DNA of 64,000 nucleotides, from contig JADFLA010000002.1 of the NCBI GenBank assembly GCA_022564635.1, forward strand, positions 394-64,393. Direction: 5' to 3'. The translations under genes were made by a program, and so were the position numbers. The notes below the pieces were generated by a model. The model was not told where the DNA came from, did not search any database, and saw only the letters and a program-made list of their open reading frames with translations. Positions within the stretch are counted from its first letter, which is position 1; every line of letters begins with the position of its first letter. This DNA comes from Nanobdellota archaeon. GTDB lineage: Archaea > Nanobdellota > Nanobdellia > Woesearchaeales > GW2011-AR4. Below are positions 20,189 through 29,570 of this stretch, in pieces.

Positions 20189-21007
20189 CTATATTTTGGC
20201 ATGATCTTTCTTAGTGATAAGCACTAATCTATTACCATCAAGATCAAAAAAATGCTCAGAGTGTACTACATTATAGCTGTATTTATAAGCGAAATTCCTT
20301 AAAATTCCAATCTTATCTGAAACAATGCTCTGTATATTTTTTGTCTTTCTATTTAATTTATTTGTTTTGCTATTTTGTATGTCCTTAACTAATCCAGCTA
20401 TATTGTCAGCTAAATCAACAGTAAAATTATACAATGTTTGAAATACGCTATCTAATTTCTTTAACAAAACTTTATGCAATGTTGCCCTCATTTTTACATT
20501 TATCAATTCTTTATAAATAACTTCAGCCTTTCTCTTATGGTACATCAATGTTTGAAGTGGTTCTCTGGGAAACTTTCTTCCAGCTTTAATGTTTTTAATG
20601 TGTTTCTCGACATAATTAAAATGATTATTTGCTATTTTTAGAAGTTTTTTATATATATCTTTATGAACATTATTTCTTTCTATTTTCGTTTTTATTCGTT
20701 TATTTAACAGCTTCCTATCATTTTTAAGCTCAAAAACAAGCGATTCATTAACTTGCTCATTTAATCTGTACAATTTTATTAATAAAAACATAATTTTACC
20801 TTTATTTTTTTTATTATTTTTTTTAGATAAATTATAAATATGGTCGACAATTAATTTTTCCTTTCCTAGATGGGATATTTCTTGCTCAATCCTACTGTTA
20901 ATTGTTTTATCAAAGTAAATAGTACTCTCACTCTGAAATCTTTTTTCCACGCTTTTTATTAATTTATTAGCACTCTTTGAAATTTTTTTAGCTCTTATTT
21001 TAATCAC
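20189..21007 (-). CDS. hypothetical lysine-rich helical protein
   Basis: 272-aa ORF, GTG start in the track, K/N/I-rich; no motif recognised. Confidence 0.4.
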   Translation of the reverse strand: MIKIRAKKISKSANKLIKSVEKRFQSESTIYFDKTINSRIEQEISHLGKEKLIVDHIYNLSKKNNKKNKGKIMFLLIKLYRLNEQVNESLVFELKNDRKLLNKRIKTKIERNNVHKDIYKKLLKIANNHFNYVEKHIKNIKAGRKFPREPLQTLMYHKRKAEVIYKELINVKMRATLHKVLLKKLDSVFQTLYNFTVDLADNIAGLVKDIQNSKTNKLNRKTKNIQSIVSDKIGILRNFAYKYSYNVVHSEHFFDLDGNRLVLITKKDHAKI

Positions 21008-21021
21008 CTAAATAATGAAGT

Positions 21022-21564
21022 TTATTTGTAACCCTCTGCTATTCCCTTTAGTCGGGCCAAGTTTGTTACAGCTTGTTGAGGATTTTGAACAACACGTAAT
21101 TCGTCAGTTCCTCCCAATTTTTCTACTGTAGTTTGATATATTTTTAATCTATCATTTTTATCCAACGCATTTACTTTAGCTAGTGTCATGCTATCTTTTG
21201 CGCCCTTAATAGTTGCTGTATAAGCATCTTGGAATTTACTAAGCAAAGTTCCTATATCGCCTTCTCGAATAGCATTATTAGCTGCAGTAAGCCCCTCTTG
21301 TCCCAAAGCTTCATTTATCCTCTGCCTCATCATATACCCATATTGTTCAGCACCATGACCTTCTGCTTTAATTCCAACTGCCTCATTGTAAATTTTTGCA
21401 GCATCATTAAAAGCGTCCTCTCTCTTCTCCCCAGTAACTGGTTCTCCTGACACTTTACTGGTAAATTCTTTTGCAGCTGGATTTACTTTTTCTCTAGAAA
21501 GTTCTATTTCAGCATGGGGTTCAGTTCCTTTCTCTATTTCTTCTAATAATTCATCTACAGACAT
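21022..21564 (-). CDS. orphan protein, tandem paralog A (180 aa)
   Basis: Shares REDAFN..KIY...G.......YG.MM and RLK.Y....E.LGG.DEL.V blocks with 21695-22243; first ATG at 21564. Confidence 0.6.
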   Translation of the reverse strand: MSVDELLEEIEKGTEPHAEIELSREKVNPAAKEFTSKVSGEPVTGEKREDAFNDAAKIYNEAVGIKAEGHGAEQYGYMMRQRINEALGQEGLTAANNAIREGDIGTLLSKFQDAYTATIKGAKDSMTLAKVNALDKNDRLKIYQTTVEKLGGTDELRVVQNPQQAVTNLARLKGIAEGYK

Positions 21565-21596
21565 TTTCAATAAACAATATCATTCTTTTAATATTA

Positions 21597-21616
21597 TTAA
21601 TATAAATCTTTCGATT
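21597..21616 (-). promoter_or_regulatory. BRE/TATA promoter for paralog A
   Basis: Minus-strand aatcgaaagatttatattaa ~35 nt upstream of ATG 21564. Confidence 0.45.
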
Positions 21617-21694
21617 CCTATGGTTAACTTTGTATAATCTCAACTAAAACTATCAATGAAAAATCAATGAAAATTAGAATTTGTAAAAACTATT

Positions 21695-22243
21695 TTAACT
21701 AAAATTTTGTCTTATTGTATTATATTGTCTAAGTCCGTTAACTGCTCCTGTAAAATCCTCTGCGACTTTTAGTTCATCAACCCCACCTAGTGCTTCTGCA
21801 ACCTGTTTATACAATTTAAGCCTTTCAGCCTTAGGTAATTCTAATGCGTTTCTGATATTTTGATCATCTATTGCGGCATTGTATGATTGTGTAAAAATTC
21901 CTTGATAGGCTGTAAGTAAATTACCCGCATCTTTATTTTGAATTGCTGTATAGGCTTGATTAGATAATTGAGTTCCCTGAGCTCCAAGACCAGCCATTTT
22001 TTCTTTCATCAATTGTCCATAATGAACATCATCATAACCATCTAACGTTAGCCCTATTTTTTCCAAATAAATCTTAGAAGTCAAATTAAATGCATCATCT
22101 CTATTTTTATCTAATGCATTCTGATCTAAAATTGCTCCGGGAAAGATTCTCGAAGCCCCATTGGCTTTCTCTCTAACATTATCGAATCCTGGTTGATTTT
22201 GAAGACTATTCCAGATTTCCAATGTTGTACCTTCTAATGTCAT
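21695..22243 (-). CDS. orphan protein, tandem paralog B (182 aa)
   Basis: Collinear similarity to 21022-21564 (RDDAFNLTSKIYLEKIG...YGQLMKEKM...RLKLYKQVAEALGGVDELKV). Confidence 0.6.
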   Translation of the reverse strand: MTLEGTTLEIWNSLQNQPGFDNVREKANGASRIFPGAILDQNALDKNRDDAFNLTSKIYLEKIGLTLDGYDDVHYGQLMKEKMAGLGAQGTQLSNQAYTAIQNKDAGNLLTAYQGIFTQSYNAAIDDQNIRNALELPKAERLKLYKQVAEALGGVDELKVAEDFTGAVNGLRQYNTIRQNFS

Positions 22244-22310
22244 TTTTGATATATAATTTTAGTTTTAAATGAATTTTAATAAAATCCTTATGTAACTATT
22301 ACTAAGTAAT

Positions 22311-22339
22311 GAAACTTATATATAAACCTTTCGGTTTTT
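22311..22339 (-). promoter_or_regulatory. BRE/TATA promoter, near-identical copy of 20124-20152
   Basis: tatataaacctttcggttttt is identical over 21 nt to the 20.1-kb copy; ~80 nt upstream of ATG 22243. Confidence 0.45.
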
Positions 22340-22357
22340 ATTTATAAATAACTCTTA

Positions 22358-22870
22358 TTAAGAAAACAACAAAACAATAGCACTATATTTTATAAGAAGC
22401 CCAACAAAACTGTAAATTACAAAATTTCTAAACCTATATCTTAACATTCCTGCAACCAATGAAAGTATGGAAGATGATAAGGGCAAAGTATTAAACACAA
22501 AAACCGCTAAATCACCATACTTATCAATGTATTTTTTTGTATTTTTATATTTTTTCTCTCCTATTACTTTGTTGATAACCTTATTACTCACTAAATACCC
22601 TATCACATAATCAATAATCTGTGCAACCATTGCAGTTGCCAATGCTGCTACAAGTAATATAGGAATGTTAAAATCTTCTATAAGATAGTATATAAAAAGA
22701 AGCTCAACAGGCATCAATAAAAAGAACAAATAGCCAGCAAAATGTATTGTAGAAAATGAAACTATATCCGGTTGCCTGCCTAGAAATATTTGACGCCCTA
22801 TTGTAAAAGAGGAAAGGAGTATGGCTATGACACTAATTACTATTATGGGTATTATTGTTTTTGAACGCAT
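22358..22870 (-). CDS. DedA/VTT-domain membrane protein
   Basis: Multi-TM protein with YGDLAVFVFNTLPLSSSILSLVAGMLR segment typical of SNARE-associated/DedA proteins; start moved to internal M to avoid overlapping lysS. Confidence 0.55.
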   Translation of the reverse strand: MRSKTIIPIIVISVIAILLSSFTIGRQIFLGRQPDIVSFSTIHFAGYLFFLLMPVELLFIYYLIEDFNIPILLVAALATAMVAQIIDYVIGYLVSNKVINKVIGEKKYKNTKKYIDKYGDLAVFVFNTLPLSSSILSLVAGMLRYRFRNFVIYSFVGLLIKYSAIVLLFS

Positions 22871-22871
22871 A

Positions 22872-24503
22872 TTAAACCTTCTCAAAAAGCTCAATAACTC
22901 TTTCCTTGCCCAGAGTGAGAATAAAAGGAGCTAGTTTAGGACCTCTATCCTTATTCAACAAAACATTATAAGCAGCTCTAAAAAAATCAGTATTTTTTAT
23001 TTCAACTTTCTGGCAGATGTTATAAAATTCCTCAAACAATTGTTTTTGTTTCCATTCTTTTTCTTTCAAAGCCTTAACAACCAGTTGCAAAGCCTCTTTT
23101 TCCTTATTGCCTAATTTTAAGCCTTTAGGAACTTCCTCCTGCACTGTAAATTTAACATCCTCTGGAGCATATTTATCCAACCAATTCTTAGCTAATTCTA
23201 ACCTTTTTTCAATCCTCTCCTTATCAAAAGAACTTAAAGTTTTTCTATGAATCCATCCTCTTGTGTGCAATATTCCACTTAATTCTTTTAAGGATTTATC
23301 TGGAAAAGTTTGCACTATAATTGCTGCAATAGAGTAATTTAACTGTACAGGCATCTTATCAGCAATATTATTAACTTGAGAAAATTTGTAAATCTCTACT
23401 AACTGCTTTTCTCTCTTCTCTTTCTTGTCTTTCTTCTCAAAAAAAATTCTTTCAGCCTCCTCATACCTGTCTGCCAAAAGAAAGAATTTATTTGAATGTA
23501 AATCAAAGTTTATAACCGTTTTAGGCTTATAAGAAGCCATCATAAATCTTAATAATTCCGGCTCTGCAAATTCTAACCAGTCTTTTAACGAAATGACATT
23601 TCCTGAAGATCCAGAAAGCTTTGTATCATCAACCATTAAAAATTCAGTAGGAGTTTGGAACGGTTCTTGAGATTTGAAAATTTGTCTGCAAAAAGCATGT
23701 CCAGTTTCAACTGAAGAACCAGCTGCAAAATGGTCTTTACCTGCAGTCTCAAAAGTTGTTCCGTAAATGTGCCAAGTCGCTGGCCAATGTAATCTCCATG
23801 GTAATTTTGCGTGTCCTTTTTCCGGCTTTACTTTCCCTTTGTGTTTGCATCCATCAACATAATCTCTATGCTGATTGCATATATATTCCACTTCTTTCCC
23901 ATCCCAGGAAACTACTTTCGTTGTAGCTGATCTTCCACAATTTTCACAAACAATCATAACCGGAATCCAGCCTTTTGGCTTGCTGGATTTTGTAATATCA
24001 TTCCATATCTTCCTTACTTCTTCTGATTTGTTAAGAACAGTTTTGATTGTCTTATCGTACAAACCCTTTTTATAAGAATCATAAGAAGATAAAATATTTG
24101 GTTTAATTACAAAATCCTCAATAACAGATACAACACCATCTGCAAAATAATCTGCCCAAGATTTAAAATCATCAACAGGACTAGGAACTTCTACTAAAGG
24201 TTTTCCTAGATAAGGTTCAAAGTCTTCTTTTTTTATTTCCAAACCTTGAGGTATTTTATCAAAATCATCAAAATCATCAACTATGAAATTATGCTCTGAT
24301 TTTAAACCATTTATTTTCAAATTCTGATGGACAAAAGCAGGTATTAACAGCTCTGCTCTCGAATTTCCTATATGAAAGAATCCAGAAGGTGTCCACATTC
24401 CATGAACAACATGCTTTTTAGCCTTCCTTCCTTTAAGTTGATCAATTACCTTATCAACCCAGAGATAATATTCTAATTCAGATTCATTTTTGTTTTTATC
24501 CAT
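22872..24503 (-). CDS. lysS: class I lysyl-tRNA synthetase
   Basis: PSGFFHIGN (HIGH-type) and KLSGSSGN (KMSKS-type) motifs, ~540 aa, architecture of archaeal class I LysRS. Confidence 0.9.
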   Translation of the reverse strand: MDKNKNESELEYYLWVDKVIDQLKGRKAKKHVVHGMWTPSGFFHIGNSRAELLIPAFVHQNLKINGLKSEHNFIVDDFDDFDKIPQGLEIKKEDFEPYLGKPLVEVPSPVDDFKSWADYFADGVVSVIEDFVIKPNILSSYDSYKKGLYDKTIKTVLNKSEEVRKIWNDITKSSKPKGWIPVMIVCENCGRSATTKVVSWDGKEVEYICNQHRDYVDGCKHKGKVKPEKGHAKLPWRLHWPATWHIYGTTFETAGKDHFAAGSSVETGHAFCRQIFKSQEPFQTPTEFLMVDDTKLSGSSGNVISLKDWLEFAEPELLRFMMASYKPKTVINFDLHSNKFFLLADRYEEAERIFFEKKDKKEKREKQLVEIYKFSQVNNIADKMPVQLNYSIAAIIVQTFPDKSLKELSGILHTRGWIHRKTLSSFDKERIEKRLELAKNWLDKYAPEDVKFTVQEEVPKGLKLGNKEKEALQLVVKALKEKEWKQKQLFEEFYNICQKVEIKNTDFFRAAYNVLLNKDRGPKLAPFILTLGKERVIELFEKV

Positions 24504-24568
24504 TAATATTTAGAAATAAATTTTGTTTTTATAAATTTTTTTAAAATTCTTAACTATGTTTATCCATT

Positions 24569-25948
24569 CTACATATTTGATTTGGGAAAATACAAATTAT
24601 GAAGTACTTTAACTGCATTTTTAGCGTCTATTGTTTTTAAACCAAAAATAATGCTAATCTCAGAAGCTTGGGAAACAGTTTCAATATTAATACCTTCAGA
24701 AGCAAGTGCAGTTGAAAGTCTTCCTAAAATTCCTGGAGTATGACTCATACCCTCTCCAACTACACACACCACAGACCGGTCATATTCAACACGAATACCA
24801 TTTATATTATCAACCAAACCTTCTCTTACCATTCTGTCATTAATAGATTCTATCTGCTCATTATAACCTTCTGCAAAAGTTAATGATATAGAGTCTACCG
24901 CCGCTGTAAATTGATTTATTGAAACACCATGTTCAGTAAAGATACTCGATAGCCTTTCTATATAACCAACTATTTCGTCCATCCCAGTTTTTTCTACATA
25001 CATAGCCGTAATTCTATCATTATGTGCAATACCTTCAACTACATATCCATTAGCTTCTTTAGTCGCAGTTATATATGTGCCATTCTGATCCGGATCAAAT
25101 GTATTTCTTACACTCAATGGAATATTTTTATCAATAAGAGGTTTGAGCGTATCTGGATGCAATATTTCTGCTCCCAAGTAAGCTAATTCTCTCGCCTCCC
25201 TATAAGTCAACCTCTCAATTGTTTCGGGATTTTCCACAACATCCGGATGAGCTCTTTTTATACCATTTGAGTCTGTCCAATTTTCGTATAAATCAGCATC
25301 AAGTGCATTGGCTAATATTGCTCCGCTTAAATCAGAGCCTCCTCTTTGAAAAGTCATGTATCTGCCATGCTCATCAATGCCATAAAATCCTGGAACTATA
25401 ATTACCCTATTACTTCCTTCTAAAGCAGGATTTAAAGATGCAGCTATTTCTTCATACGATGTTTCCTTAAGTTTTGCATTGCCGAAATTACCATCTGTTC
25501 TCATACCAATATCCTCAGGACGATATACCTGTGCATCTACACCACGCTTTCTTAAAACTCCAGCAATAATTTCTGAAATTATTATTTCACCATAAGGTTT
25601 TATTCCATCCAAATATTCTTCTCTATCAGAGAGGACATTGTTTTTCGCTTCATCTAACGACTCAAAAAGTCCAACTAAAAAAGAACTCTCAATTTCGAAA
25701 TGATCTGTGATATCTATAAATCTTCTATAAATATCTTCCATATATTCCGGTTGACCAAGACCCCTAACAGTTTCTTGGCCCATTTGTATCAACATATCAG
25801 TTACTTTTGTATCTTGTGAGTATCTTTTACCTGGTGCTGACATAACATTTACTCTTCTAGCAGGATTTGAAAGTATTATATCTATTACTTTTTCCAGATT
25901 GCGTCCATTTGCAACCGATGTTCCCCCAAATTTTGTAACAATTACCAT
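24569..25948 (-). CDS. aspartate kinase
   Basis: N-terminal VTKFGGTSV kinase signature, GGSD motif, C-terminal ACT-like repeats (VCVVGEGM). Confidence 0.85.
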   Translation of the reverse strand: MVIVTKFGGTSVANGRNLEKVIDIILSNPARRVNVMSAPGKRYSQDTKVTDMLIQMGQETVRGLGQPEYMEDIYRRFIDITDHFEIESSFLVGLFESLDEAKNNVLSDREEYLDGIKPYGEIIISEIIAGVLRKRGVDAQVYRPEDIGMRTDGNFGNAKLKETSYEEIAASLNPALEGSNRVIIVPGFYGIDEHGRYMTFQRGGSDLSGAILANALDADLYENWTDSNGIKRAHPDVVENPETIERLTYREARELAYLGAEILHPDTLKPLIDKNIPLSVRNTFDPDQNGTYITATKEANGYVVEGIAHNDRITAMYVEKTGMDEIVGYIERLSSIFTEHGVSINQFTAAVDSISLTFAEGYNEQIESINDRMVREGLVDNINGIRVEYDRSVVCVVGEGMSHTPGILGRLSTALASEGINIETVSQASEISIIFGLKTIDAKNAVKVLHNLYFPKSNM

Positions 25949-26185
25949 TTTAAAATCTCATCTTAGAGTAAGTCTATTAATCCTCAAACTCATCCATCAA
26001 ATCGTTAAAACTATAGAAATCGGCGAATGATTCATGATCATCATTTTCAGATTCCAGCAGGTCATATTCCATTGATTTCATTATTTTTCTCCTCATTCTT
26101 TTTACCATTAAAATAACAAGTTTTATATATTTAATATAAAAACATTATGTTACTATAATAACAAATTTAAATATGGGTATTTTTA

Positions 26186-26842
26186 ATGGTAAATATAAGT
26201 CACTTAGTCAAGAAATATGTAAGTGAAAATTCTTTTTTGTTAGAAGCAATGAGCAAGGAATTAATTAGTCATGGAAATTTAGCTGAGCAATTAAGGCCGG
26301 ATATTGAGCTAGAATTGGGAAAAAAGGTAAAAGAGTCTGCAATTGTGATGGCTCTGAGAAGGTATGCTGAAGAATTGCAGGGTTTCGACAAAAAAATAAA
26401 AAAATTCAGTTTTAAAGGTGAAATAATCATGAGGACAAACATTATTGATTTCAATGTCATTAAATCCAATAATTTATTGAATAAAATAAAAAATATTTAT
26501 AATTTAGTCAATTTTGATAAAGGGGATACATTGAATATTATTCTAGGAAGTAATGAAGTTAGTATTGTTACGAATGAAAAATACAAGGATAAGCTCTCTA
26601 ATTTTCTAAAAGGGGAGAAAATCCTCAATAAAGAATTTGATTTAGTTGCTTTAACAATTATTTTTGAAGGTAAAAATTTTCTCATGACTCCCGGAGTTAT
26701 CTTTACAGCAATAAGAAAACTGGCATGGGAACAAATAAATATTTTTGAAATAATATCAACAATGACAGAATTAAGTTTTATTTTAAGCAAAAAAGATTCT
26801 ATGAAGGCTTATAATACACTACAAGAGTTAGTGGGAAAATAG
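26186..26842 (+). CDS. hypothetical protein, possibly ACT-domain-like partner of aspartate kinase
   Basis: Divergent from the aspartate kinase gene; the N-terminus (LLEAMSKELISHGNLAEQLRPDIELELGKKVKESAIVMALRR) recalls an uncharacterised family seen beside aspartate kinase genes (memory only). Confidence 0.4.
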   Translation: MVNISHLVKKYVSENSFLLEAMSKELISHGNLAEQLRPDIELELGKKVKESAIVMALRRYAEELQGFDKKIKKFSFKGEIIMRTNIIDFNVIKSNNLLNKIKNIYNLVNFDKGDTLNIILGSNEVSIVTNEKYKDKLSNFLKGEKILNKEFDLVALTIIFEGKNFLMTPGVIFTAIRKLAWEQINIFEIISTMTELSFILSKKDSMKAYNTLQELVGK

Positions 26843-26863
26843 ACCATAAAGGATCTGACCTCA

Positions 26864-27409
26864 GTGAGACTAACTCCAATAACCTTTAAAAATATCAATC
26901 TTTTACATCAATTTATGGTTGATACTTTAGACAATGTAATTAATGAAGCCCAGAAAAAATATGGATTACCAGTTACTGCAGAAAATAGACAGGAATATGA
27001 TGAATTTTTGCAAAGGGTATCAGTTTTGCATCCAGATTATTTTGAATCTAAAGAACCTACCACAGAAGATAAACAATTTAAGTACCCTCGATATTTTGGT
27101 TTAGCAGTTGATATAGTATTGATATTTGCCCGTATAATTGGGGAAATGGTAGTTAAAAAAGATGGTTTTGATGAAGAAGGGACATTTATAGATAGCCATG
27201 AAAAATTGCCCCTAATTAGATCATACGGACAAATTGATCTTTGGCCAGATGAAGATCTAGGTTTATTATTTTCAAGAAGAGATCTCAATCGTAGAAAAAA
27301 CGAATTACAGGGATATAGTGAGATTATAGATGAGGTCTTAAGTGATCCATATGTAGTCAAAAAGATTGGTAATGGATTAACTTATGAAAAGAATGTCAAT
27401 ATAAAATAA
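26864..27409 (+). CDS. hypothetical protein
   Basis: 181-aa ORF (GTG in the track; first ATG at 26915); balanced composition; no motif recognised. Confidence 0.4.
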   Translation: MRLTPITFKNINLLHQFMVDTLDNVINEAQKKYGLPVTAENRQEYDEFLQRVSVLHPDYFESKEPTTEDKQFKYPRYFGLAVDIVLIFARIIGEMVVKKDGFDEEGTFIDSHEKLPLIRSYGQIDLWPDEDLGLLFSRRDLNRRKNELQGYSEIIDEVLSDPYVVKKIGNGLTYEKNVNIK

Positions 27410-27524
27410 ATTATTTTAAATTTCATTAACAAATTATGGGTCCAAAGGGATTTAAACATTGTATTTCTAGGAAATTTAACCTACACCATATTATTAAATC
27501 TCCATTTTATTTTTTTATCATAAT

Positions 27525-27680
27525 TTATTTTATTTTTTGCTCTAATTCCTCAAGTTTTTCCTCTATCCTGGTCAAACGATTAATTATAACGGCATGTACA
27601 TAAACTGGGTCTATACCAACAGCTGTTGATGGATTTTTAATTTTGTCCATAATGTCCTTAACTTCTTCTTGTGTTTCCAT
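27525..27680 (-). CDS. small hypothetical protein (51 aa) with strong Shine-Dalgarno
   Basis: Not in the ORF track (<60 aa); perfect GGAGGTGA 5 nt upstream of the ATG; METQEEVKDIMDKIKNPSTAVGIDPVYVHAVIINRLTRIEEKLEELEQKIK. Confidence 0.4.
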   Translation of the reverse strand: METQEEVKDIMDKIKNPSTAVGIDPVYVHAVIINRLTRIEEKLEELEQKIK

Positions 27681-27708
27681 TTTCTCACCTCCAAAGTTTT
27701 AATAAGAA

Positions 27709-27816
27709 TGGGCCCATAGGGATTCGAACCCTAGACTTCAAGATTAAGAGTCTCGCACTCTTTTCTGCTTCGCATAAACTTTCGCTACGCGGAGTACCAG
27801 ACTGAGTTATGGGCCC
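27709..27816 (-). tRNA. tRNA-Lys(CTT) with a 34-nt insertion in the D-loop region
   Basis: GGGCCCA/TGGGCCC acceptor, CGAGA-CTCTTAA-TCTTG anticodon arm, TAGGG-TTCGAAT-CCCTA T arm; the D stem ACTC/GAGT forms only if CTCCGCGTAGCGAAAGTTTATGCGAAGCAGAAAA is removed; no encoded CCA. Confidence 0.85.
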
Positions 27817-27855
27817 AATTGAAAATTTAGAACTAATCATTATTTAAAAAACTAA

Positions 27856-28200
27856 CTAAACCATCTTTAAATTTCCAGTTATTTTATCAATCTTTTCTTC
27901 TGAATCAGGGCCAACACCCAAGCATGTAATAGTTCCGGGTTCAACAACTGTATGCCCAGCATCTTTAATCAATGCAACCTTTATTCCCTCATTTTCCAGC
28001 ATACTCATATATTTGATCAATTCTTTTTCATCAACAACTTTAAGGACGACCTTTTTTCCCCCTCGGTCTTTCCATTTTTCTATAATTTTTTTGTCTGACT
28101 TTAAAACACAATCCACAGAAGCATGACTAACTTGTGCTGACATTTTTCCTCGAGGCAATTTTAAATCTTCCCTGACCAAAATAACTTGTTTATATTTCAT
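27856..28200 (-). CDS. pth2: archaeal-type peptidyl-tRNA hydrolase Pth2
   Basis: 114 aa, MKYKQVILVREDLKLPRGKMSAQVSHAS and DAGHT..EPGT.TCLG motifs. Confidence 0.85.
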   Translation of the reverse strand: MKYKQVILVREDLKLPRGKMSAQVSHASVDCVLKSDKKIIEKWKDRGGKKVVLKVVDEKELIKYMSMLENEGIKVALIKDAGHTVVEPGTITCLGVGPDSEEKIDKITGNLKMV

Positions 28201-28336
28201 TTTTAATTTTTAATTTTATTAATTACTATTTTTAAATTATTTTATTTGATTTTATTTTTATTGTTGTTATTTAATTATTGAAATTTTTTCATTGTAAAAT
28301 GTTTATTGATTAAGGATGCAAGAAGAGGAAGAATAA

Positions 28337-29407
28337 TTAAATTTCCATAACCTTCCCATCAAACTCAATCTTAGGATTCTTAAAAACCTGGTCTAAATGT
28401 ATTATAGCATAAATATTTCCGCCAAACCAGTAATTGCTTCCTATGCCAATATGTGCTGTACCTAAAACCTTATCATCAACAATTGTTGCTCCAATAATTT
28501 TTGCTTTAGGATTCAATCCTATACCTAGCTCACAAATTCTCCTAACACTGCCAGGATGTTTTGCCACAGAAGCAGCCCAGTTTAAAGTATTTTCAAGCTC
28601 TTTTGCTTCTTTACCCCCACTTATTTCTATTATATTTCCATCTTCAACTTTAAGGGTTATTGGTTCTTTTGCTAGTATAGTTCCGTTTTGAACCCTAGAA
28701 CTGCCATCAATTACAATCTTGCCTTCTATTCTTTTCCCGTTAGGGGGTGCATAAACCTCTCCAGCTGGTAAGTTACCACCAGATCCTGAGATTGTGTAGT
28801 TACCGTCTGCAGATATCCCATTAATACCTTTTATATTATAATACAAATCAGTTCCAGCTTTTGTTGTTATATGTATCTCATCAGTTTCATCAAAAAGTTG
28901 CCTTAACTTTTCATGGCTTGCCTGGAATGGCTTATAACTAACATCCATTGCTTCTATAATCTGTCCAATTTTGTCTGTATTTAGATCCCCTAAACTCATT
29001 GCAGAAACAAATCTATGGTTTTTTTTCCTTACCCATCTCCTAAAACTCTTTCCAAGCTCTTTTATATTTCCTAACTTATCAGACATATTAAGTATTATTA
29101 CGTTACCCTCCTGCAGCTCAGACAAAGAGCTTACAACATCCTCATCTGCAACATCTCCCCTACTTTTTATTTTTTGAAAAACAAGCTTTGTGTCTAAACT
29201 TAATTGTTGTGCTGCAAGGTAATAAGCTCCGGACATAACTGCAGCTATATTCTTATTTCCTAAACCCGTGTCTCCTACGACAAGAATTTTCTCATCCTTT
29301 ACATTAAGGCAAGGAGCAAATATCTTCTTTATCTGAAAGCTAAGTTTTTCTGACAACTCGTAAAGATTATTTTTCTTCAGCCAACTCAAACATTCAACAG
29401 TCTCCAT
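28337..29407 (-). CDS. M29-family aminopeptidase (AmpS/PepS-like)
   Basis: NLPAGEVYAPP, ELGIGLNPKA and GTAHIGIGSN blocks typical of aminopeptidase T/S. Confidence 0.75.
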   Translation of the reverse strand: METVECLSWLKKNNLYELSEKLSFQIKKIFAPCLNVKDEKILVVGDTGLGNKNIAAVMSGAYYLAAQQLSLDTKLVFQKIKSRGDVADEDVVSSLSELQEGNVIILNMSDKLGNIKELGKSFRRWVRKKNHRFVSAMSLGDLNTDKIGQIIEAMDVSYKPFQASHEKLRQLFDETDEIHITTKAGTDLYYNIKGINGISADGNYTISGSGGNLPAGEVYAPPNGKRIEGKIVIDGSSRVQNGTILAKEPITLKVEDGNIIEISGGKEAKELENTLNWAASVAKHPGSVRRICELGIGLNPKAKIIGATIVDDKVLGTAHIGIGSNYWFGGNIYAIIHLDQVFKNPKIEFDGKVMEI

Positions 29408-29570
29408 TTTAATTATAGATTTATTTGTCTATTTTAAAGGTTTTGGAAATATTTTTAATTTTTATTGATTTTGGTTTTTTGTTTTAATGGGTTGTATCAT
29501 TACATCTACTAAGAAGTTTCACATAGTGTCTCATTCACAATATATTTTTAAATACTTCTCTATTCTTAAA

